Assembly (NCBI GenBank): GCA_030704615.1
Contig: CM060731.1
Location: 94,860,001 to 94,924,000, forward strand
Direction of reading: 5' to 3'
Source: Takakia lepidozioides
Taxonomy: Eukaryota; Plantae; Bryophyta
DNA: 64,000 nucleotides
Shown here: positions 11,218 to 24,135 of the stretch, piece after piece
Numbering within the stretch: the stretch's first letter is position 1
Layout: each line of letters opens with the position of its first letter
Position numbers and translations under genes: made by a program
Notes under the pieces: model-generated
Database searches by the model: none
The model's input: only the letters and a program-made list of their open reading frames with translations
Told to the model about the DNA's origin: nothing

Positions 11218-13599
11218 GTATGGTAGTCAAACTCCCTTTCCTCAAAAGCTAGAGTGGGCAGATGAACATGATCACATTTGATATAAATGCTAAAGCTCAT
11301 GGATCCATGCTTAGGCTACAATCTTTTTCAAATCCGCAGAAACACAAGCATTGTGTGAGAAGAACTGCCGCCTTTCATGGTTCCATCAAGATCTCAAAAA
11401 GTTATGGCTCTTGGAAAATCTGTCGAGCCAATTTGGGCCTGGTGGGCTTTTAGGGATTAACACATTAACAGTTAGAGAGAGATTACCAATAAGAAAAGAC
11501 ATATCAGACCCTTATATGTGAAGAAATAGACATGCTACAGAGTTAGAAATTTGTGATACAAGGAAAATGACAACCACAAACTAACCTTTGGCAAAGCTGG
11601 AAATATAGTTCTTTTTGGTGCATGTTTGAGCAATAGAACAGCCACAGCGAAAGCCTCTCTACAATGGCGCGGGTAACAGATCTTCACACACGAATTTCTC
11701 ATTATCAACCTGAAGCCCACTTCATCAAATTTTTAATCTGATCAAAAAATTATCTCTTGATAGAGCTTCATTCAATACTACAATAAAAAAAAAAACCCCC
11801 ATTGTTTTTTCCAACGCTTCTTTATCCAAAACCTCGAGTGCCTGAATAGATACCAATCATGAACACAAAGGCGGCCTTCTGTCACGGACCAGCCCACAGA
11901 CGCCCCATCATTTATTGATTAACAAATATTAACGTTATCCCGAACCCGCCACGTTAGACCCTACGGCCAGTCAACAACTATGCTCTGCCTACAACAATCA
12001 CGCAGACTCAGTAACCACTACGAGCTACAATGTTGCTCTCCGCTACGATGACTGATGTCCTGGTTCAAGCTCCTCCCCTTGACCTTCTCTCCAAAACCTC
12101 GCCAACACCCTCTCTATCAGTTTGGCCAGCACGTCCACGCAGGGGCGGTCGTCGTCAGGCTTCCTACTACCCTCTATTAGTGCTACGAAGTAACCCAGCG
12201 CCCCTATGTAGCATAGCCAGCAGTCATGCTCGCCCCTGGTGCAGTGAATGAGGGCGACTATGGCTTGGTCAATTTGGTCCTCGCTCATGCTCCTCCTTGT
12301 TGGTCTAACTAATTCCCTGTCTGGGTTCTTGCCCTCCGGTGGCTACACTATGAGACACAATGTTGCGTGTTGGGGGCAAGCTCATAGTACTGACTCATTC
12401 AAGACACGAGAACAGTAACAAGATGACACCACATGATTGCACAACTGTTTCCTGAAGATCTCCCTTCGTACTTCTTTACTACTAAGGCAACTCCAATCTG
12501 GGTGCCTGAATACCTCATTCTACCAATACAATGGGGACTCAGCCTGAGTGTTTCTTAGAATGGCGTCTCTCTGCTGTATATTGCTTCAGCCTGACTACCC
12601 TCTACTCCTACAGTTGGCTCCTCTATCCCCCTCTTGCTCTAGCAACTCTCTCTCTCTCTCTCTTCCTTGGCTGTTGCGTCCTCCGCTTGAGTCTACACCC
12701 CCACTCTCTCCCCGACACCGCAGCAACTACTCTCTGTCGCTGATTCCTCCCTGCGCTCTCTCTCTCTCTCTGGGTGCTACCTCTTCCTGGTTGAATGATC
12801 CCTTCCTCCTGCTGCTGACCCTGCCTATGCCCACGCCTCGCATCCTCCGTCCTCACTTCCCCATGATTGCTCTCGGGATTCTCCATCGTAAGATCCCGAG
12901 TGATGATTGAGGCGTGGAGTCCTTCCCCAAGAAGGTACTATGTCCTTGCAACAGTCCGTCCACCTCGTGGTCTCCCTCTTCCTCGTAGCGTCTCAGCCTC
13001 TTCGTTGCTCCGTGCATACTCGTAGTTGGAGTTGGACTCGTAACCTTCTCACTGCTCGTGGTCTTCGCGAGACTCATAGCCTCCTTGCAGCTCGTAGCCC
13101 ATGCACAGCTCACTGCTGCTCACCCTTCCATATGCGTAGGACTTCCTAGGTGTTTCTGCCAACAAGTCTGTTGGTGCGTCCTCCGATAACTCCTTTGGTG
13201 AATCCCTCCCTCCCTCCTGCACAAGAGCGGAGGGTTAGGTTCACGTCTAATATTATCCCCCTCTTACTTGAGGTCCATGCCCTCATGGACGACCTTTATG
13301 CCCCCCCCCCCCTCTTTTTCTATTTTTCTCAGGACTTCCTATGCCTAGGTCCACCTCCGGGGTCCCCTTGGTGTTTCCGGTTGGGTTCATGGGGCAGTGC
13401 CACACATTCGTCCTCGCTTTCATTTGGGACGTTGCTCTCATCCTTGCTTCCTCTACTGGCTCGCCCTCCTGTCCAAGTCGGTAAGTATCGCACTGCTGCG
13501 GAGTGACGCAGCTAGAAGGGCAGAGCCATCAGTATCCTTCTGCGGAATGAAGTACGGGGTTTCCCTGTCAGTACCTATCTTACCCTTCTCTTGACTTGG

Positions 13600-14950
13600 C
13601 ATAAGGATAAGCAGCGATCAGGTCATGAAGGAGAATATATACATGGAGTTGAGCATAGCATAGAGAGGGCGAATCAGAGTGGGAAGGACATAATGTAGTG
13701 GCACGGTACCTTCTTTTCGTTGGTACCGAAGGTCGCATCGCATGCGACAATTCTTCCGTGGCCGAGGTCAAGCATCCATTCTTTCTGCCATTCAATTTGA
13801 ATCCCTAACACAAATGGCAGATCAAGCTTGCGGTCGCTGGATGTCCACGCCAGGTGATTGACTTCTTCAATGGTAGTAGAAGATACTGTTTGGGTTTTCG
13901 GCCACCCACATGCGGACGCTCCTAGCATCATTAGGGTGTTTTTTGAATGTCTCCTCATTTGTTGGCAATATTTCTGATAGCATGAGACCAAAGGAATGTA
14001 TCTCTCGTAACCTCCAAACCACCTTCTATGACGTCTTTCACTTTTTGTGTGTGTGTTCGTCATTATCTTGTTAATAGACAAACCTACGCGTAACTGGTGA
14101 AGAATCCACGCTCTCATGTCAGCACTAAGGTGAGGTGCGAGAGCTTGCCGAGGCTTCTCATACGAAGGGCCGTGAACAGTCACGCCATGGCTGTTTACAT
14201 GGTTCTTCTTGTACTAAACCAACATAGCTATTTTGGGGTCGAGATAACAGTGTCTGACTATGAATCTACATGTACAACCTCGTTTGATGCCCTCCCCCCC
14301 TTTGTTCGTTGTTATTCTTTTTTGTTTTGGTTTCAGTTGAGCTGCATCGGACGTAGACGGAGTACATAACTTTTGCGCGGGGTTTTTGGGAGGAGGTCGC
14401 TTCCACTTTTTGGCGGCCATATCTTATCGGATTTCCAACACCACCATGGTATGTAGGGCCATAAGAGCAATGATACCTGCAACAGCAAATCTCAAACCAG
14501 TAGGCCAAGAATGTAAGTAGGAACACTGGCATTGTTGCACTACACGAAGCATACTGCCTGAAATACATGACCACGTGCAATTGAAAACAAACCTTGTCAT
14601 TTGCAAGCAACTGTTCATCCGTGGTGCCTGCAAGGCACCTTCCTGTGTCACAGACTGCCACCGCTTGATGAACTTACTATGAGCATCTGAGTGCGCCGAC
14701 TCTCCTGCAATGAAGTCTTCTACCCAGTCCCATGAAACGAAAGCGAGTTCGGCTGTGGTACAATCAGCCACACCATTGCTCCCTCCACGATAGTACATGG
14801 TGTGTGAATACGCCACGGAAGGGGTTTGCACAACGCTTCGCATTTGTGCAACTAAGCCAGGAACAACAAGGTCTGGGTTGAAGTATGGGTTGCCATGAAT
14901 GTACTGCACGAATGCAACATGCCAATGCAGATAGAGCAAAACTACATGCT
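13600..14950 (-). pseudogene. Degenerate MULE-type transposase / At4g13970-like SWIM-family gene fragments
   Basis: WVEDFIAGES, YHCSYGP, KRGCTCRFIV, HGPS..APHLSADMRAWILHQLRVGLS, FVLGIQIEWQKEWMLDLGHGRIVACDATFGTN, in several frames with introns. Confidence 0.7.
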
Positions 14951-16222
14951 GTTTGGAAGCGTAATGCAATGCCAAAGAGGTGCACTTCCGCAACCACGAG
15001 GGAAGATTCCAATTGAAGACATCAATGCAGACAGAGCGAGGGAACATCTTTTTTCGCAAGTTTAACTTCAGATTTTTAATGTTGGTAAGCATGTATTCGC
15101 AGACATGTTATGTATGGCTTTGAGTAGGATTCAGAGGATGCATGGGTATGAGCATGCATGGCGGGCCAATTGAGGTTATGAGATAGCCACATCCAAAGTG
15201 AAAAAGAGCTTTGAAAGATAGTAACAATCTTACCAGGCCAAACTATCAAAGTAATACTGAAGAAGAAATGTGCAAGGAAAACACTAAGAATGCTGCCTCA
15301 TTGAGTTAGAGACTCAATCTCAGAGTTCAAGTCATTAGTGACCAACTGTAATGACTCCTCAATGACTTCACTCCCAGAATTGTACTGAGTTTAGACAACC
15401 AACAAGGGGAGACTCAGCCAAGACAGAGATCTTGCGGTCAAACCATAGACAACTTCAGACTTCCGCAACGAAGAGAGAAATATCACACAGATTCAAAAGA
15501 CGCACTGCAATTCACTAGAACTTTAAAATCCTAGAACACTCACAACCTTCAAATTGAGACTAAAGGCCGCAATCACAACTTCCTACATCCTCAGATTACA
15601 ATCCGAGGACGTCACTCATTCACCACTGTGCATTTCGTACAAGGGAACAGGATCAGATAATGTTTACAGAGGTTTCACGTAATTTGAACCTTCATTGATT
15701 TCTGTCAGTTAGCAAGTATCACCGTGTGCATTTCTCTTCCCTAACCAGAAAAACCAATAAACAGGAGCGCACTAACATTCCTATCGATCAAACTCACCGC
15801 CGACCAGTAACTCCCGGAGTGGAACGGACAGGACAAGAGTACAACCAGTAACCATAACAAGAACAGACTATATCAGTGGCGTACGAAAAGCATCATACAA
15901 GGCAGTTGCCTGCTTATAATTTGTGTGAAGGACTTTTCTGCTCCAAAACTGTACCAAGCAGATATCAATCAAAACTTCTCAAGTCGAAACAGAACAAGAA
16001 CGAGTAAACAGTGCCGCTTTCCAATGGCTTGCAAAGTCGTCGAGCAGATTTGCCTGATGAGCACTGCCTGCAGCCTCCAGAAGGGGAGGGGCTATTTCAA
16101 GACGACAAAGCCCCATACCAGCGATAGTAGCTCCTTCAGACCTGCCCAAGCAGCAACTAGGAGACGGTCCTGATCCAGACAGTGTCATCACAAGAACAGG
16201 GCGTATCACATCATGTATTAGC

Positions 16223-16993
16223 TCAGTAGTCGCTGCTGCCGCGATCGTTCCTCCAATTAGTAGAACGAGACCCGGCGCCACCCCCGCTTCCGCTACCATA
16301 ACCTCCACCACTTCCACTATAGTTGCCTCCACCACCACCGCGACCACCATAACCACCACCGCTTCGGTCACCGCCACCCCCATAACCCCCACCACCTCCG
16401 CCATAGCCGCCACCGCGGCCGCCTCCGTACCCACCTCCACCACCATAGCGACCCCCCCCACCACCATACCCACCACCACCTCCGCTGCGGTATCCACCGC
16501 CACCTCCTCCACCGCCACTACCACCCCTTGACTGGGCTTGATTTACGGTAATGTTTCTTCCATCTAGTTCCTTGCCGTTCATGGACTCAATGGCATCCTT
16601 CATGGCCTGCTCATCAGCGAACGTAACGAAGCCAAACCCTCGAGAACGGCTGGTCTCACGATCAAAGATGACCTGCATCAACCAGACGAAAAAAGCATCA
16701 GGCCTACTTCAACCGGGGCATCAAGCAAAATAACCGGTTCAGACAACGAGACCACATAGACACGCAACAGATATCAGTATGCACGGCACCCATGCAAATC
16801 ACCAGTATCCACCCATGACGGTCTCAAAGAAGGCAAAGAGAAGGGCGCTAAACTAACCATAGAAAAACAATGCGGCATTCACCTTAGACTCGACCACCTC
16901 CCCAAAAGGTCTGAAGGCATCTTCAAGACGGCTATCATCGGTAGCCCATGCAAGGCCACCCACGAAGCATCGGTACTCAGCGAGTTCCGACAT
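16223..16993 (-). CDS. GRP7: Glycine-rich RNA-binding protein (RRM plus Gly-rich tail, GRP7/GRP8-like), 186 aa, exons 16993-16883 and 16672-16223
   Basis: [37 protein letters not shown]|[18 protein letters not shown]...GGGGY repeats. GT-AG intron at the conserved position. Intact frame. Confidence 0.95.
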
Positions 16994-18559
16994 GATTTAA
17001 ACACCAGATCCCCGGCGGCGCACAAGAAAGGAAACGCAAAGCAGCACGAAGCAATGTGCTGGAGCCCTGCTCTCTTGTAGCCTGGGTCGGCGCAACCTAA
17101 AAGCGACTCCCTGTACGTATCTACGCGTTGTAGCCCGTCTTCTTCCTCCTACTATACACCATTTCTATAATCGTCGTATATTTCGGTATTACAGTTCTTA
17201 CCATTCCGTTTGATATAGTAGGCGCTACATGGTGCAACTGCCTTGGTAGTGACGATGAGCAATTGCCAGAGTTGGTAATGCTGATATTTGAGCGAAATGC
17301 TTGGTCTAATGGAGGGGTCTGTAAGCCAGGTGATAATTGTCATCAGGTCAATAAACCTAAATCTTGCGTGGCCGTGAACAAGAGTCCCCTTATAAGAAAG
17401 ACTGAAGTTCAATGGACCGATGGAGTGACATCGTTGAGAACAAAACGCCCATGGGTGGAAGGAGAAAAAGAAAGAGGCCCTGTGGTAAGCAGACGTGGAC
17501 ACACTCTCCACCCTTTCTCCACTATGGTTGAGGGAGAAGCAAATCATCAGAGCCCATGGTTGTGACATTCTCCAATTCATGCATATTTCTCACAGACAAG
17601 CAAACTCTCAAATTGCTTACCCCAGCAACATCAGTATTTCAGCGATCTACGAAAAAAACCTTTGAGTAGCTTACCACTAGCCACTAGAGTAATTTCAATT
17701 AAACACACTCCACTTAGAAGAAAGGCCTAGAGCACACGGATATGTAGACAGTAGTTGGAAGTTCATGATGGATCATGAACAGCCACTAATACAGTAATTA
17801 CTAGGGAAAACACGAAAATGCATATTTGGTCTCAACCGAGCAACTTTTTCAAAGAAATTGGGAATTTATCCCCCTGTTTGTAGAGCCCCTCCCTGTGTCT
17901 CTTTGAGAAGCGGAAGCACCCCCAGTGAACCCTATAAAGCGAAAACCTCACATCGAGAACAACCAGCAGCCAGTCAATGTTGGCTAACCAGAAAGTGAAC
18001 CCAACCAAGCTAACTACCTCCCAGGGATTTGAAAGACAAACAGAGATTCAAGGCAAGCCACACACCCAATCTGATCAGGATGACAGGGGAAAAGGAACAA
18101 GCCTGGAACAGGTAACAATACCAATACTAACATACCAGGAACAGGCGAAGGTAAACCAAGACAGCCTATAAGGCTAGCTGTAGCCAACTAAGAAAGACAA
18201 CCTGGATCTGCAAAAATCCAGGACACCAAGCTGCACCTCCTCGACAACCAGTCTTCAGATCTTTGGGCCAATCAAGGAGGGGAGAGTCGCAGCACCTAAG
18301 AGTAAATCATGAAGGAGATTACAAAAGATGTGTGTCCCGACGTCTTCATAAATGATTTGGTCAACAATGTTGGCAGGCCTGCCAGGGTTAGCAAAGCCCA
18401 CCCAGGGGAGAGTGGTTGAGCTGACTAGCTTCAATGAAAATACTCACAGGCAGCTGATGAACAATCCAGTTACGGAATTTAGTGTCGATTCATGGTCTGG
18501 CATTAACATTGTAGTAGAATGCGAAGGACACCAGCAGCTTCTTAGTTGTTAGCTTATCA

Positions 18560-21500
18560 TTACCAATAATCTCTTAGGACAACCCATTTATGAAGTGATG
18601 GAAGCGGTTGGCATCCCGTGCAAAAATTTCTCGCCCGACAATCTTTGAAATGAACTTGGTGGCAGTACGACAGTCCCCACATACCCCAAGGTTCTTGAAG
18701 ATGCGGATGGGTGTACCAGGGGGTCTGCTGATGAGCCCAAACACAATTGCCAGTTTCTCACTGTGGTGGAAGAGGGACTGTTCCTTCTGCTGCTGATCCA
18801 CATTGTGCAATGCAAAGTGAGTGTCAGGCACATATCCTGCCTCTTTCATGTCTCTAACCAGTCGCTTCAACTCTATAGATCTCAAATTGTCTGATGCAAA
18901 TGAAGTTAGGCAGAAAACTTCCCTGAACCTGTTTCCAGTCTGTGACATGGGGGAGGATATCATGGATGACCTCAAGGGTCTACCCACTCTCGGCACCAGA
19001 CTGAAATTTAAACTCAGGGCAGGAAGCCTACCTTTGAACAGTAAACAGAAGCAGAGAGGAAAGGGAGAGTGCAATTGCTCGTTGTGTGGGCAACCTGAAG
19101 ACAATATTCATTTTCTGATTCACTGTCCGGGGTACTCTCGCCAGAGAGAAGCTCTCCTCCGATCTATCAAGAGAATTGTGCCTGTACCTCTGTTTACCAA
19201 CTTTGAAAGTCTCGAGGCCGAGCCAAAAGCCCAGGCCCTTCGGAGGCCTAGTTTTTGGGCAAATCACACACAGCAGATTGATGCTTGTGTGAAGGGATTT
19301 CTAGAGGATATCTGGAAAACCTCTATTTATAAAGGTAAGTCTTACTACCAATGTCAGCCCCTGACAGAGGTAGGTTCTGTCCCTTTGGTTTCCACTCAAA
19401 CTGGGCGCGGGGTCAATGGCCACAAGGCTACGGCAAACAACATCTTATGAGTACATTCTATAGATCTCCTCAGTTTGTGGGTGTGACCTGTCTTCTGCAA
19501 AAAATGTATGTACTCTGTTCTTGACCTTGATCCAGCAGTGACCTGGCTCTTTTTTCACATTTTTGTCCACCATTAATCTTCTCACCTTTGCTACATCCTC
19601 CCACCTGCCAGCCACAGCATAGATGTTTGACAGTAGCACATAAACGCTGGGATCTTGTGGTTGTAACTTGAGAATACACTCAGCAGAATGCTCTGCTAGC
19701 TCCCCACACTGCCATGTAGTCTGCAGGCACCAAGCATGGCTCCCCACACTGATGCATCTGGCTCAAATGGCATTTTTCTGAGTGTATTTTCTGCTTTGCC
19801 CAAGTGGCCTGCACGACCCAGAAGGTCGACCATGCAGCCATAGTGCCTTCAGTGTTGGTGCAATACCATGGTCTTCACTTGTGGAATGGAAGTAGTGATG
19901 ACCTTCGTCCAGTAGGCCAACATGGCTACATGCAGAGAGAACACCGATGGCTTAACCCCTTCCTGCTGCATTAGTTCAAATAGATGGAGGGCCTCCCTGC
20001 CATGGCCATGCTGAGAATACCCTATAATCATTGCAGTCCATGAGACCACATCTGGTTTAGGAATTCATCAAACACTTGCCGTGCATCTGCCAAAGTCCCA
20101 CACTTGGCATACATGTCAACAAGGGCATTCCCCACACAGACATTTGAGTCAAATCCAGCTTCAACGACACAGGCATGGACCTGCTTGCCCTCTTTCAGCA
20201 GCCCTACCGTGGCACATGTATTGACGATGATTGTACAAGTCACTTCATTGGGCTCCTCACCTTCTCGCTGCATTTGCCAAAAGAGTTTGAGAGCCTCTTG
20301 ACCGTGTCCTTGCTGGGAATATCCTAAAATCATTGCAGTCCATGACACCACATCTTTTCTTAGCATTTTGTCGAAGACTTCCTGTGCATACACCATACTC
20401 CTGCATTTGGAATACATATCGTTGAGGGCATTTCCCAATCAGACATCCAGACCAAATTGACCTTTGATGATGTGGGCATGGAGCTCTTTGCCCTCTTCCA
20501 GTGCTGCTAGGCTGGCACATGCATTCAGGATGGTAGTGAAAGTGACCCTGTCTGGCTTCACGCCTTCTTGTTGCATTTGCCAAAAGAGTTCTAAAGCCTT
20601 GTCACTATGCATATTCTGAGCTAGTCCTGCAAAGATCGCATTCCATGAAACCACATCTCGTTTGGGCATTGTGTTGAACACATGGCATGCACCCACTACA
20701 CTTCCACACCTAGCATACATGCTTACAAGGGCATTGCCCACACGGACATCTGGTTCAACTCCAGCTTCACAAATGAGGTTGTGGATCCAATTGCCCTGTT
20801 CTAAATCTGCTGGGCTGGCACATGCATTGAGGATGCTGGTGAAGGTGATGCTATCAGGCTTCACACCTTCAAGTTGCATTTGTCGAAGAAGTTCAAAAGC
20901 CTCTGCAGTAAATCCATGCTGAGGACATCCAGCAATCATCGAAGTCCATGAGACCACATCTTTTCAAGCATCTTGTCAAACACTTTGTGTGCACCCACCA
21001 CACTCCCACAGCTGGCATACATATTGACAAGAGCATTCGCAACTGCAATGTCTGACTCAACCCCAGCTTTGATAATGTACAAATGCACCTGCTTGCCCTG
21101 TTCAAAAAGCTGCCAGACTGGCACATACTTTCAGAACACTGATGTAAGTCACTGCATCAGGCTTCATGCCTTCTTGTTGCATTTGTTGATAGAGTTCAAA
21201 TACCCTTCTAGCATACCCTTGGTTAGTATAGCCTGCGATTGCAGCGTTCCATGAGACCAAATCTCGCTTGGGCATTTTGTAAAATACTTGGAGCCCATCC
21301 ACCACACTTCTGCACTTGAAATACATGCTGATGAGGGCATTGCCCACACGGACATCTGACTCCAGTCCAGCTTGGATGATGTGGGCATGGACTTGCTTCC
21401 CCTGTTCGAGAGCTGTTGGGTTTGCACATGCATTGAGGATGCTGATGAAAGTGACCTTGTCAGGTCTCACGCCTTCATGTTGCATTTCCTGAAAGAACTT

Positions 21501-21830
21501 GAATGCCTCCTCATGATGACCATGTTGAGCATGTCCAACAATCATCGTAGTCCATGATACCATATCTCGTTTATACATTTTTTCAAATACTTGGCATGCA
21601 TCCAGCATACTCCCACATTTGCTATACATGCTAACAAGGGCATTCCCTACACGGAGATCTGACTCTATTCCAGATTTAATCACACGTGCATGGATCACTT
21701 TGCCATGCGCTAGGTTTGCTGGGCTAGAGCATGCATTGAGAAGGTGACCCTGTCTCATTCCCCTTTTCTTCATGCATTTGCACAAAATATCTCAAATGCA
21801 ATTTCACTATGACCATACAGGGCGTATGCT
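18560..21830 (-). pseudogene. PLS-class PPR protein with E and DYW (PG-type) domain, frameshifted and LINE-interrupted
   Basis: P/L/S repeats (VRVGNALVSMYSKCG, DVVSWT), KKEPGHCWI, HSEKLA...CGDC, terminal GAT TAT TGG TAA at 18571-18560. Many frameshifts. Confidence 0.92.
18884..19456 (+). mobile_element. 5'-truncated non-LTR retrotransposon (RTE-like) 3' end with 12-bp TSD
   Basis: zf-RVT-like KLRAGSLPL...CSLCGQPEDNIHFLIHCP. TSD TCTATAGATCTC at 18872-18883 and 19457-19468. Ends CTTATGAGTACAT. Confidence 0.88.
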
Positions 21831-23699
21831 GCAATCGTCGTATTCCATGCGACCACATCCCGTTAAAGACATAAACAGCCCATGACAGGGCACCATCTAA
21901 CATTTCCACTCTTGTCATAGCACACCAAGTGACGCCACCCATTCAGTCATGATAAAACAGGATGGGAGGGCGGGGTATGTTTATAATCAGATTCCTGTCA
22001 TGTACCCAAGTGACCCTCTTGCACAATATAAGTCAGATTGCAGCCTCAGATTACATCATCCATAGTTATCCATAAGATATGCACCATGCAAGATATCATG
22101 GGCATATAAGAACTTCTTGCCACATTACAGATCCAAGATATGTATATACAAGTACCTTGAGGTGATCCAAGACAAGCATTATGCAAGGAAGGTAAGAACA
22201 GCTTGCCCCACCACACATTCAGGGAATGTTCACACAAGCAACTGGAAGGACCAGCCTGCAATTAATTACACTTCGGGCATGCCACCAAATAAACTTCTTG
22301 GGCATGGCAAGCCATATTGCAGCTTCACATTTGGCCAAATGTAAGCACCCCAAAGCGTGCATCGTGCAAGGCCTTCTGGGTAGGTAAGAACAGCCTGTCA
22401 TTGTACATATTCAAGACCTGTGTACATAAGACACTTGCTGGCCCAGCCTGCAGTAAATCAGACTCCAAACATGCAACCAACTAATCACTTTGGGCATGAC
22501 AAGACTGACTGCGACTTCATTCTACATCATGTACAGTTGCCCCAAGATTTGCATCATGTAAGACATTTTGGCATGGAACAAAGGCCTGCCCTGTCACAGC
22601 GTCCACATATGGACACACATACAATTTGAGTGCCCAAGACCAAGCCCACTTGGCCAAGATAAATCATACAATGTAGGTGGCTGTTCATATGGCAAAATAA
22701 AGTAACTAATCACTGGCCAGAGTCCTTTAGAGCTTACCATCAGTGTTTCACAGGAGGCTAATGTCATGTTTTGCAAATAGAACCTCACTAAGCTCCATTC
22801 CACAACAAATCCAGGTCTGAAAACGGCCTGTCATTGCCTTACCAGGCTGTCTTCTTTTACAGAAAACCAAACCTCTTCATCCTTAGAGCCTAACAGCCAT
22901 TGATGCCTTTACCCTTACACCATCAATCCTCTTTTAAGGCAAAAAAAAGTACTTAGTCTAAAAATCCACAGGCAAAGCTGTCAAAGATTCAAGACAGGGT
23001 AGGATTCACATGCTGTGCTGCATGAGACAAGGCTGCCAGGCCGAAATGCTCTATCAGCAGCAACAAAAGCAAGCATCATCATGTCAAACCAGGAGCAAGC
23101 GGGCCGAAATCGGGGCTGCAGGCAGCAGCAGTATGTTCCTTTTGCACACATCCTTATCTGCAAGTTCAAGAGAATTCAAAGCAGGTAGGGATCCTCACCT
23201 GGTCCCATCACAAGCCCCCACAAAAACCAATGGGTTAGTGATTGTGGAACCCCAGGTGAATCACAGACCCCTACACTTGTTATCGATGTCAACTAAAAAC
23301 CCCAAAAAACAAGAGAGAAAGATATGAAGTAAAAGGAACCCTAATTGCCAAAAACACCTTGAGCGATTGGGGAAGGTAACACTGCGCCATCACCACCAAC
23401 ACGCCACCTCTAGCACAGCTAAGGAGAAGCGAAGCATACAAATGCTAGGTCTAAGAAGGGAGAGGGAGCGATATACTTCCCCACCAAAGCGCCGCTGCGA
23501 AACATAAAAGCTAGAGGAGGGAAAGGGACGATGTCATCACAACGGGTTCTCCCGCCTGTGAGAAGAGACAAGACGCCGCCATTGCGCATCCCCAGGAGCT
23601 CGTCCGACATGAAGCAACAGACAGGGTAGCAGCAAAGCTCAGACGCCATAACTCGCGAGCTCAGCAACACGAGGAATGCAGCTGACAGCGGGAAAGACA

Positions 23700-24135
23700 C
23701 CCTAGGGCAGAGCCCGATTTTTCATCCGGAGGATGAATAATCAATACCCTTTCTCTTAAAAACCCGACGGATGTCATCCGTTAGCTAGGTTTAAACAGTA
23801 GATTATAGGATAGGAGCTAGGGTTTCACTCCTTAATTAGCAATAATTAAGGGTAATTAAAAAAATCTCCATGGCCATCATAAGCTGTTTTTTTCATCCGA
23901 TCCAGATGAAAAAATAAATAGGTTCATTTATTTGGATGAGGTCCATCAGCAGGATGAAAAAACAGTATACATCATCCAGGACAACGGTTTTTCATCCTAA
24001 AAGGTAATTCGTCATCCCTTAAGAGAAAGCCTCATCCAGTACGGAAAAAAAAACATAAAGGGGGGAATAAAACGAATTCAAATCCTGGTATTTTTCATCC
24101 GGCATGGATGGAAAAATTATAGATAGGATGCCAGT
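23700..24135. repeat. Cluster of TTCATCC/GGATGAA motifs (TE subterminal-like)
   Basis: More than 10 copies in both orientations. Similar clusters at 26030-26360 and 26870-26955. Confidence 0.65.

Noticed and set aside
11880-13508. Possible solo LTR (TGTCAC...GTGACG)
   Set aside because: The terminal CA is absent, and there is no TSD and no second copy in the window.
15979-16524. Val/Ala-rich 181-aa ORF
   Set aside because: Alternative frame of the glycine-rich exon of the GRP gene.
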